Assembly: GCA_903902315.1 (NCBI GenBank)
Contig: CAIUUK010000043.1
Span: 1-38,134, forward strand
Source of the DNA: an uncultured bacterium
GTDB taxonomy: Bacteria > Patescibacteriota > Minisyncoccia > Phycocordibacterales > PALSA-1337
DNA: 38,134 nt
Direction: 5' to 3'
The translations under genes and the position numbers were made by a program. Shown piece after piece: positions 28,371 to 36,240 of the stretch. Numbering within the stretch: position 1 is the stretch's first letter; every line of letters begins with the position of its first letter. The notes below the pieces were generated by a model, which did not search any database, had not been told where the DNA came from, and worked only from the letters and a program-made list of their open reading frames with translations.

Positions 28371-28622
28371 TTACTGCTTTGGGCGAGCCTCAGAAACAAC
28401 GATCTTGCGACCATCGAGTTCTGAACCGTTGAGCTTCTCAACAGCTGTAGCTGCATCTGCATCATTAGCCATCTCAACGAAGCCGAAGCCCTTTGAACGG
28501 CCTGACATCTTGTCGATGATTACTGCTGCTGATTCAACTTCACCAGCCTGTTCGAAGTGCTTCTTCAGGGTGGCGTCGGTTGTACCCCAGGCAATACTGC
28601 CTACGAAAAGTCTCTTTGACAT
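28371..28622 (-). CDS. Single-RRM RNA-binding protein
   Basis: RNP2 LFVGSI, RNP1 KGFGFVEM; start MSKRLF at 28622. Confidence 0.93.
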   Translation of the reverse strand: MSKRLFVGSIAWGTTDATLKKHFEQAGEVESAAVIIDKMSGRSKGFGFVEMANDADAATAVEKLNGSELDGRKIVVSEARPKQ

Positions 28623-28779
28623 TTCTTTTATTACCCGCAACGGATCACTTATACAGTAAACGCGCTAGCGGAGCTCTCAGTCATTAATGCTAACGCGTAT
28701 GTGACGAGAAACATACAGCGCTAGTAATATAACACAATCCTGCAAAATATGCAAGTTATGCAATTGATTGGCAATTTTG

Positions 28780-28902
28780 TCAACTTGACCGGCCCATTCG
28801 TATGGAATGTTGATTGTATACTTGTAAAATTAATACTGGTCTCTCAAGTGATTTCTTTAATATGTTCCAACGATCAAAATCTTTGTACATTTCATTTGCC
28901 AT
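28780..28902 (-). pseudogene. Internally deleted PemK/MazF-like toxin remnant
   Basis: MANEMYKDFDRWNILKKSL|ERPVLILQVYNQHSIRMGRSS; promoter TTGCAT-N17-TATTAT 6 nt before ATG. Confidence 0.55.
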
Positions 28903-28976
28903 CCGAAAATAATACTCTTCTTGCTTTATGGATGCAATAATTTCAATAAAACCAACAATACGCTATACTAGACCCC

Positions 28977-30524
28977 ATGGACAAATCGACCAATAAATAC
29001 ATCCCTACCATAGGCCTAGAGATTCACGCTGAACTCAAAACTGCTTCCAAGATGTTTTGTTCATGTGCCAACAACCCAGATGAAGAAAAGCCAAATGCCA
29101 ATGTCTGTGCCATCTGTCTTGGTCATCCTGGAACTCTACCAGTCCTCAATCACGAAGCTATAAAAAGCGTTCTCAAAATTGGCCTAGCTGTAAATGGCAA
29201 GCTCGCTGATTTTACAGAATGGGATCGTAAAAATTATTTTTATCCTGACATTCCAAAAGGTTACCAGATCAGTCAGTATGCATACCCGCTCATTTCTGGC
29301 GGCACACTTGCTGGTATACAACTTGAACGCATACACCTAGAAGAAGACACGGCTCAGTCCACTCATGATACTCACGAAAAAAGTCTTGTGAACTTCAACC
29401 GTTCAGGTGTACCGCTCATGGAACTCGTGACCACTCCGACTATTCATGATGCAAAAACTGCAGTGGCATTTGCCAAAGAACTTCAACTTCTCCTCCGTTA
29501 TCTAGGAGCCGGAGAAGCAAATATGGAAAAAGGTGAGATGCGAGTCGAAGCAAATATCTCTGTTGCCTCAGCCGAAGACACAGCTGCAAAGAAATTTGGT
29601 ACAAAAACAGAAGTAAAAAACCTCAACTCATTCCGTGCCGTCGAAGGTGCTATTGCATTTGAAATTGAAAGGCAAATTGCGTTGATCGAGGCTGGCGAGA
29701 AAGTAAAACAAGAGACGCGTGGATGGCGAGCAGAGGCTCGGGCCGGAGGAGGCCATTCAAACGAGGGTCCGGCTGGCGAAACCTACTCACAACGTTCCAA
29801 AGAAAGCTCGCATGACTATCGCTATTTCCCTGAGCCCGATATACCAAAACTCAAGATCTCAGAAATCCCAGAATTTTCACATGATATTCTAAGTAAGGAA
29901 TTAACTGACTCAAGTGATCAAGCGCTTTTGCCATGGGTTCGTCGTGAAAGATTCAAAAATGATTATGGTGCAACTGATAAAGAAGCTGAGGTTTTTGTAG
30001 ATGATTTCGATGGTATGCTCACGAAGTATTTTGAGACTATCGTTGCAAAGCTCTCAAATAAAGATACAAAAAATGTCCGTCTTGTTTTAAACTATCTTCT
30101 TACTGACTATCTTGGTCTATTGAAGAAAACCCACGGATTAGATTGGTCAGACAAATTAAATTCGATTAAGCCTGAACATTTCGCAGAGCTTATAGATATG
30201 ATTTCAGCTGGTGACATCTCATCTTCTGGTGCAAAGAAAATTCTCGCACTTCAGTTGACTGAAGTGAGTGAAAATAAAGAATCTTCCTTGTCACAGTCGC
30301 CAAAAATATTGGCTAAAAAACATGACCTTATCCAGAAAAGTAATGCTGCTGACCTTGAGCCAGCTATCGACAAAGTCATTGCTGACAATGCTGCTGTAGT
30401 TGCTGAATATCGTGCCGGAAAAGTTACTTCTATTCAATTCCTAATTGGCCAAGCAATGAAAGCCACAAAGGGTGCCGCAAATCCAGCAGTTATCAAAGAA
30501 TTACTCACCAAGAAACTCGGTTAA
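28977..30524 (+). CDS. gatB: Asp/Glu-tRNA amidotransferase subunit B
   Basis: IGLEIHAEL, RKNYFYPD.PKGYQISQ, HLEED, PLMELVT, EVKNLNS, YRYFPEPD, GQAMKATKG.ANP. Confidence 0.97.
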   Translation: MDKSTNKYIPTIGLEIHAELKTASKMFCSCANNPDEEKPNANVCAICLGHPGTLPVLNHEAIKSVLKIGLAVNGKLADFTEWDRKNYFYPDIPKGYQISQYAYPLISGGTLAGIQLERIHLEEDTAQSTHDTHEKSLVNFNRSGVPLMELVTTPTIHDAKTAVAFAKELQLLLRYLGAGEANMEKGEMRVEANISVASAEDTAAKKFGTKTEVKNLNSFRAVEGAIAFEIERQIALIEAGEKVKQETRGWRAEARAGGGHSNEGPAGETYSQRSKESSHDYRYFPEPDIPKLKISEIPEFSHDILSKELTDSSDQALLPWVRRERFKNDYGATDKEAEVFVDDFDGMLTKYFETIVAKLSNKDTKNVRLVLNYLLTDYLGLLKKTHGLDWSDKLNSIKPEHFAELIDMISAGDISSSGAKKILALQLTEVSENKESSLSQSPKILAKKHDLIQKSNAADLEPAIDKVIADNAAVVAEYRAGKVTSIQFLIGQAMKATKGAANPAVIKELLTKKLG

Positions 30525-30556
30525 AATAGCTCACTTCAGTCAACTAAAATGCCTGA

Positions 30557-31327
30557 TTATTTCTTCTTCGCTTCCTCTTGAACATCTCTCGCAGCTTTGC
30601 GATATCTACAATAATCACAACCAGCTTCAGGCTTTGGCGGTTTTTCACTCATGAGACATGCTTTCATTTTTGGCAGTAAAGGCTCGATCCAATCTGAGTT
30701 TCCAGTATAAGGTATGAGATCGATATCGAATTCAAGTTTCGCATCAAAAGATGCGACATCAGTTTTTCCATTACAATAAACGAAGTACCCGATCGGTGAA
30801 ACCGTGAATCCATTCTTGCGGAACAACCACTGATAAACTTCCATTTGACGTTTATAGCCTATCTGCCACTCTTTATCGAGAGTCACCTTCTCCTCTTTAC
30901 TGGTCGATTTATAATCGACAATGATAAGTTCACCTTTTTCATTTATCCAAACATCATCGACAGCACCAGTGATGAGCAAGTTGGACTTTGGGTCGAGATA
31001 GGTAATGCCTTTGAAATTACTACGCCACATATCGAGGTCTTCATGCGCAAAAGGTATGACATCACGCACACCGAAAGCGTGCATGAGCGGATGAGGTCTC
31101 TTTTTTGCACGAAGTATGTCGAATTCTTTTTTGAGAAGTGTATCAACAGCCGAGTTCAGTGAGAATGGAAAGCCTGGGGGACGAGCTACACCTAGTCGCG
31201 CATCGAGGTAATAACATAGCGGACAGTTAAGGAACAAGTCAATCTTCGAACGACTGGCTTTGAAATACTCAGTACTCTTTGGATCAAAAATATTGCGTGT
31301 TCTGTGTGGGTTGTAGAAATCTGACAT
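30557..31327 (-). CDS. PD-(D/E)XK nuclease (RecB/Cas4-like, stand-alone)
   Basis: SRSKI....CPLC, GAVDDV, IVDYKST, QMEVY, CDYC; start MSDFYN at 31327 (TATAAT 6 nt upstream). Confidence 0.85.
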   Translation of the reverse strand: MSDFYNPHRTRNIFDPKSTEYFKASRSKIDLFLNCPLCYYLDARLGVARPPGFPFSLNSAVDTLLKKEFDILRAKKRPHPLMHAFGVRDVIPFAHEDLDMWRSNFKGITYLDPKSNLLITGAVDDVWINEKGELIIVDYKSTSKEEKVTLDKEWQIGYKRQMEVYQWLFRKNGFTVSPIGYFVYCNGKTDVASFDAKLEFDIDLIPYTGNSDWIEPLLPKMKACLMSEKPPKPEAGCDYCRYRKAARDVQEEAKKK

Positions 31328-31365
31328 GCTTGGATTATAGCAAAAAATATCTGTATGTGCCCAAT

Positions 31366-31408
31366 AAAAAACCGCGTCGCCATTACTTGTGATGTAACAA
31401 CAACGCGG
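31366..31408 (-). terminator. Intrinsic terminator of the 135-aa gene
   Basis: Minus strand CCGCGTTGTTGTTAC-7nt-GTAATGGCGACGCGG-TTTTTT (15-bp stem with G-U pairs). Confidence 0.8.
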
Positions 31409-31426
31409 GGTGAAATGAGACACGAT

Positions 31427-31834
31427 TCATAACAATGACCTCTGAACGACCTTAAGTTTTTCCAACTTCTCGGGGGTGTATTCAACAGAGACCGTCGAGT
31501 GAGCTTGCAACTTAATTTTGACCAGTTTTTTCTGCACACGACGGTTGAGCACTTGCTGAACCGTCAAATGCTCGTTGCTCACAGCAACCTCAATCCGGCG
31601 TAACTTGTGCTGGTCTGCAGGTTTCTCAAAGGCATTAAATTTCACGTTGCCCTGAGTTCGGTTTTTGATGAGAGTGATAAGGTTTCTTTCGGTCACCTCG
31701 ACCACATTTGCGAATCCACCACCGATGATTGGATACTTCGCAGTAAACAATTCACCAGCATCAATCAGTCCAGCAATGCGTTCGTTATTATCCGAATCGC
31801 CGTCTGGCTCTACGAACAATCGATTTTTTAACAT
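31427..31834 (-). CDS. Hypothetical protein (135 aa)
   Basis: Own promoter TTGACT-N17-TAGTCT, SD AAGGAG and terminator; no recognised motif. Confidence 0.7.
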   Translation of the reverse strand: MLKNRLFVEPDGDSDNNERIAGLIDAGELFTAKYPIIGGGFANVVEVTERNLITLIKNRTQGNVKFNAFEKPADQHKLRRIEVAVSNEHLTVQQVLNRRVQKKLVKIKLQAHSTVSVEYTPEKLEKLKVVQRSLL

Positions 31835-31893
31835 ATTATTTTCTCCTTCTAACTATAGACTACAATAATATGCGTATTTAGTCAAATAAAAAT

Positions 31894-32541
31894 TTACTTT
31901 ATATCAGTCACAATAACTTTGATCATCTTCACATCCTGAGTTGGTCTGTCACTTGAATTGACTGGAACAGCAGCGATGGCATCAACTACATCCATACCAG
32001 AAATAACTTTACCGAAAATAGAATAATTATGTGGAAGTGGATTATCAGCCTGCATGATGAAAAACTGACTACCGTTTGTATTTGGACCAGAGTTTGCCAT
32101 AGCGACTACACCCTTAACATAACCAGCCTTGTATGATGCTGTAGCAGGATTGAGTTCATCAGCAAATTTATATCCAGGACCACCCATTCCAGTACCAGTT
32201 GGATCACCGCCTTGTATCATGAACCCTTCGATTACACGGTGAAAGATAAGTCCATTATAAAAACCTTTGTTAGCTAGAGAAATAAAATTTGCAACAGTCT
32301 TTGGTGCATCATTGTCATAAGTTTCAAAAACTATAGTTCCCTTCGAAGTCTCAATTGTGATGTTATGCATAGAAGTTTGATTATTAGTCGATGTGGCTAC
32401 GGTCGAAGTCGAGATAATAGATATTTTTGGAGCCTGTAAATCTTCAACACTTTTTGGATATCCTGATCGATGATCCAAAGCGAGCCATGCCATAGCTATA
32501 ATAACGATTACAACGATCGAAATAATGATATTTTTATTCAT
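31894..32541 (-). CDS. Cyclophilin-type peptidyl-prolyl isomerase with N-terminal TM
   Basis: APKTVANF, FHRVIEGFMIQGGDP, AMANSGPNTNGSQFFI. Confidence 0.95.
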   Translation of the reverse strand: MNKNIIISIVVIVIIAMAWLALDHRSGYPKSVEDLQAPKISIISTSTVATSTNNQTSMHNITIETSKGTIVFETYDNDAPKTVANFISLANKGFYNGLIFHRVIEGFMIQGGDPTGTGMGGPGYKFADELNPATASYKAGYVKGVVAMANSGPNTNGSQFFIMQADNPLPHNYSIFGKVISGMDVVDAIAAVPVNSSDRPTQDVKMIKVIVTDIK

Positions 32542-32544
32542 AGT

Positions 32545-33567
32545 TTAGAGATTATACAGTTCTTTGGCTTTGGAGACAACCAATTTCTTCGCTACATCAA
32601 GGGTAACACCCATTATCCTGGTACCAGCCGCAGCCTTATGTCCGCCACCACCTAGTGCTAAAGCTAATTTTGAAACATCAAATTTTTCAACATCACGACT
32701 GCGCATACTGACTTTAATATGGCCAGGTTCGCGTTCAATAATAGTCATACCTATATTCCAGCCTATCACTGATTTAAGCATGTTAGGTATATCAGTATGT
32801 GTAAAACTAACATCTATGCCTTTTGCAACTAGCTGCTGACTAGAAACAGAAGCTATAGCGATATTATCTCCCAAGAAAGTTTCCACTGAACTCAATGCCA
32901 ATGCCTCATAATATATAGCTTCTTTATGGAGGCTATTTTCCATCTTGAAAATTGCCTGAACAAAATCTGGGGAATTTTTTACAAGAACAGCCGCCACCTC
33001 GAAGATACGGTAGTCTGCAGGACTATATTTCAATCCGCCACTATCTGTATACAAACCAATAAATAAATTGAGTGAGATATCATGGGTTAATTCTATCTTC
33101 CACAACACAAATAATTGATACAAAACAAACGCTGTAGCAGAACAAATATCGACAAGATTTAAATCTCCATACATTTTATTGGACGCATGATGATCTATAA
33201 CTATCGTACGAAGTGGCATAGGAAAAACCGGTGGGGCTTTATAAGAAATCATTTCCGGGGAACCACTATCGAGTATGATAAATAAATCAAACTCACTGAG
33301 ATTAATTTCAGATATATTCTTCATTACAATTGTGTCTGCTCCGGGAAAATGCATGAACTCCTCAGGAATCTTATCTGAATCCCCTTTGATGACAATAGCT
33401 TTTTTGCCAAGCTGTTCTAGAGCCAATCTCATTGCTAATGCTGAACAGACTGAATCCGGATCAGGTGAAGGATGACAATGCAGTAAAATATTTTTAGCTT
33501 TTTGAATTTCAGCCAGTATAAGTGGTGCTTTTTCTCGGATGATTGGAGATATATCGTTTGGGTTCAT
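32545..33567 (-). CDS. nrnA: DHH/DHHA1 phosphoesterase (nanoRNase/pAp phosphatase)
   Basis: H..PDPD, LDS, IDHH, TDSG, SMRS, GGGGHKAAAG. Confidence 0.88.
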   Translation of the reverse strand: MNPNDISPIIREKAPLILAEIQKAKNILLHCHPSPDPDSVCSALAMRLALEQLGKKAIVIKGDSDKIPEEFMHFPGADTIVMKNISEINLSEFDLFIILDSGSPEMISYKAPPVFPMPLRTIVIDHHASNKMYGDLNLVDICSATAFVLYQLFVLWKIELTHDISLNLFIGLYTDSGGLKYSPADYRIFEVAAVLVKNSPDFVQAIFKMENSLHKEAIYYEALALSSVETFLGDNIAIASVSSQQLVAKGIDVSFTHTDIPNMLKSVIGWNIGMTIIEREPGHIKVSMRSRDVEKFDVSKLALALGGGGHKAAAGTRIMGVTLDVAKKLVVSKAKELYNL

Positions 33568-33579
33568 AGTACAGCAATA

Positions 33580-33978
33580 TTACTTCTTTTCTTCTTCTGC
33601 CGCTAGTTCTAGACAAACTGAGTTTAAACAATAGCGTTTACCTGTAGAAGTAGGACCGTCATCAAAGACATGACCTAGGTGTGAACCACATTTGACACAA
33701 ACGACTTCTGTACGCTTCATTCCATAAGATTCATCTATTATTAATTTTGTTGCACCTGGCAGAGCCTGATCAAAACTTGGCCAACCTGTCCCAGACTCAA
33801 ATTTTGCATCTGATGGAAAAAGTGGATTAAGACAGACTTTACATTTATATGTTCCTGCGCGCTTTTCATTCAATAGTACACCACTAAAAGGAGCTTCCGT
33901 TCCCTTTTCGCGAAGGACACGGTATTCCTCCGATGTTAATTTCTTTTTGATTTCATTTTCATCAATATCTATATTCAT
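33580..33978 (-). CDS. msrB: Methionine-R-sulfoxide reductase
   Basis: GTEAPFSG, two CxxC, SGTGWPSF, HLGHVFDDGP, RYCLNS. Confidence 0.96.
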   Translation of the reverse strand: MNIDIDENEIKKKLTSEEYRVLREKGTEAPFSGVLLNEKRAGTYKCKVCLNPLFPSDAKFESGTGWPSFDQALPGATKLIIDESYGMKRTEVVCVKCGSHLGHVFDDGPTSTGKRYCLNSVCLELAAEEEKK

Positions 33979-33990
33979 AGGTACATTATA

Positions 33991-34467
33991 TCACTTCAAT
34001 AGCTCACTAAATCTTTTCTGCATCTTCTCCAATTTTGGAGCAATGACTAACTCACAATATGGTTGTCCTTCATGATTCTTGTAATATTCATGGTGATAAT
34101 CTTTAGCCTCTTTGAATTCACTGAGCTTTGTCACTTCTGTAACTACTGCTCTATCGTAAGCTTTAGCAGAATCTAATTCCTTTAACGTCTTTTCAGCCAA
34201 ATCCTTTTGCTCATCATCAATATAGAAAATCGCAGAACGATATTCAGTACCAATATCATTTCCTTGTCTATTTAGTGTTGTCGGATCATGAGTATTAAAA
34301 AATACTGTCAATAAATCATTGTACGAAATAACCGCTGGATCATATTCAATTTTGATGCACTCAGCACCATTGCTATAACCAGGCTTAACTGAGCCAACAC
34401 CTCGGAGCATTGCGAAAACCGCTTCTGTACACCAGAAACAACCATTGGCGAAAACAGCAATTCTCAT
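33991..34467 (-). CDS. msrA: Methionine-S-sulfoxide reductase, short form
   Basis: GCFWC, HDPTTLNRQGNDIGTEYRSAIF, YHHEYY, QPYC. Confidence 0.93.
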   Translation of the reverse strand: MRIAVFANGCFWCTEAVFAMLRGVGSVKPGYSNGAECIKIEYDPAVISYNDLLTVFFNTHDPTTLNRQGNDIGTEYRSAIFYIDDEQKDLAEKTLKELDSAKAYDRAVVTEVTKLSEFKEAKDYHHEYYKNHEGQPYCELVIAPKLEKMQKRFSELLK

Positions 34468-34488
34468 AAATTTATTATACCAGATAAC

Positions 34489-34514
34489 AAAAATGCACTA
34501 CCGATATTAGTGCA
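34489..34514 (-). terminator. Intrinsic terminator downstream of the basic microprotein
   Basis: Minus strand TGCACTA-ATATCGG-TAGTGCA-TTTTT. Confidence 0.7.
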
Positions 34515-34558
34515 CAATTTGTTTAATTTAAAATTTGACACTTGACCCTTCCCCCGCC

Positions 34559-34690
34559 TTACCTTTTGCCCTTCTTTGCTCTTGCAGCTCTTTTTGGAGC
34601 TTGACGAGCACGCTTGATGGCGAGACGTTTCGTAGTCTTACGACTGCGTGTAGCACGCTTTTTTCCAACTCCTGTGATTCTTTTTGCCAT
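34559..34690 (-). CDS. 43-aa highly basic microprotein (not in the ORF track)
   Basis: MAKRITGVGKKRATRSRKTTKRLAIKRARQAPKRAARAKKGKR; 20 K/R, no acidic residues; own terminator. Confidence 0.7.
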   Translation of the reverse strand: MAKRITGVGKKRATRSRKTTKRLAIKRARQAPKRAARAKKGKR

Positions 34691-34800
34691 GGAGATAAAA
34701 ATAAATTAGTAAACCGCTGATATGTATACATAATACAACATAAACCAACAAAATAAAAGTAATTACGAGTTTTTAAACTTATAGAGTATGATAAGTAAAT

Positions 34801-35373
34801 ATGCTTACTGATGAAGAACTCCTAAAAAAAGTGAAAGATGGTGACGATTCCGCATTCAAAGATTTAACAAATCGTTATATCAAACACATTTTCAATTTTG
34901 TTATGCAATATGTACGCATTCGTGAAGATGCTGAGGATGTTGTACAAGACACATTCTTTAAAACATGGAAACATCTTCATCGATTCAAAGATGGCATGAA
35001 ATTCAAACCATGGCTTTTTACCATTGCTAGAAATACCTCTCTAGATTTTATAAAGAAAAAGAAAGCTATATCTTTTTCTGATATGAATACTGACAATGAT
35101 GGTGATGAGATTAATTTTTCTGATACCATTGTCGACACAGAACCTTTGCCGTCTGAGATTTTTGCTGACAAAGAGTTAGCTCTGGAATTAAAACGTGCCA
35201 TGAGTAGCTTGCACCCTGATCATAAAACCGTCCTCATACTTCATTACCATCAAGAAATGACTTTTGAAGAAATATCTGAAATCATGAAAAAACCTATGAA
35301 TACCGTCAAAAGTTGGCATCACCGTTCCCTAGAAAAGGTCAAAACCAAATTAATGCACCGAAAAAGCCAATAA
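34801..35373 (+). CDS. ECF RNA polymerase sigma factor
   Basis: DAEDVVQDTF, FKPWLFTIARN, region 4 EEISEIM....NTVKS. Confidence 0.92.
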   Translation: MLTDEELLKKVKDGDDSAFKDLTNRYIKHIFNFVMQYVRIREDAEDVVQDTFFKTWKHLHRFKDGMKFKPWLFTIARNTSLDFIKKKKAISFSDMNTDNDGDEINFSDTIVDTEPLPSEIFADKELALELKRAMSSLHPDHKTVLILHYHQEMTFEEISEIMKKPMNTVKSWHHRSLEKVKTKLMHRKSQ

Positions 35374-35380
35374 ACTCGTA
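35354..35380 (+). promoter_or_regulatory. Putative ECF-type promoter TGCACC-N17-CGTA
   Basis: Resembles SigW-type TGAAAC...CGTA; lies at the 3' end of the sigma gene, 8 nt before the next ATG. Confidence 0.45.
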
Positions 35381-35388
35381 TAAATACC

Positions 35389-35784
35389 ATGGAATTATCT
35401 GAGATAAATTTTACACAACTCGAAGACAAAATTATGATCCGTATAAGCCGTGCTCGTCTTGTTCGTACACATGTTCGCGGAGCCGTGCATGGTGGTATTT
35501 TTTTAGCCTCAATTATAGGATTTGTTTTTGTAGTTAGATATGGTTCATCCCAGGCATATAATTCTGGTTTTTATGAATATGCTTCTCTTTTTATATCTGA
35601 TACCTCATATGCATTCAGTCACCTAAAGAGCATGTTTTTGTCTCTAGCAGAATCGATACCATTACTAGACATTTCCTTTGCCATGACTATCGCGCTCATA
35701 TGCATAAACTCATTTAAAAAATCACTTTCTTCTTTGTTTAAATTAAATAATATAAATAAAAATTCAAAATACTCACATGCATAA
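35389..35784 (+). CDS. Membrane protein, candidate anti-sigma factor
   Basis: Short cytoplasmic N-terminus plus hydrophobic segments; directly after the ECF sigma gene. Confidence 0.55.
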   Translation: MELSEINFTQLEDKIMIRISRARLVRTHVRGAVHGGIFLASIIGFVFVVRYGSSQAYNSGFYEYASLFISDTSYAFSHLKSMFLSLAESIPLLDISFAMTIALICINSFKKSLSSLFKLNNINKNSKYSHA

Positions 35785-36238
35785 AATACTCAAAGAAATT
35801 AACGATGCAATTAAAGCATCGTCAGTAGCCATTCGCACACTAGTAGGCATCCTCATTGTAATCATTATTTTTTGGGCTGGTATAGCAGTCGGATATCACA
35901 AAGCACAATTTTCAAACAACTGGCATTCACACTATGCTGAACAATTTACCAGTAAACAATCCCCTTTCTCAATACCAAATGATAGTGATGCTGACAACAT
36001 GCCAAATCCTCACGGAGCATTTGGTCAAATCATATCTGCCAACTTACCTTTAATTATAATCAAAGGACCTATAGAGGCTGAAAAAACTATAGTGGTCACA
36101 AACACTACTGTCGTACGAGATGTTCATGATCAAGTTGCCAGTACGAGTCTCGTGGCTGGCCAAGGAGTAGTGGTAATTGGTTATCCAGATGAACAAGGTC
36201 GTGTTGTAGCGTCATTTATTAGAATCCTACCAAAATAA
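35777..36238 (+). CDS. Membrane-anchored protein with small beta-barrel (DUF5666-like suspected)
   Basis: One TM; G.FGQII...L..GQ.VVVIG.PD.QG.V.A.FIRI. Confidence 0.55.
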   Translation: MHKILKEINDAIKASSVAIRTLVGILIVIIIFWAGIAVGYHKAQFSNNWHSHYAEQFTSKQSPFSIPNDSDADNMPNPHGAFGQIISANLPLIIIKGPIEAEKTIVVTNTTVVRDVHDQVASTSLVAGQGVVVIGYPDEQGRVVASFIRILPK

Positions 36239-36240
36239 TC

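Noticed and set aside
28749-28940. 63-aa plus-strand ORF
   Set aside because: The opposite strand gives a promoter-linked PemK-like remnant, a better explanation
34528-34731. 67-aa minus-strand and 61-aa plus-strand ORFs
   Set aside because: Alternative frames over the 43-aa basic ORF, which has more coherent composition and codon use
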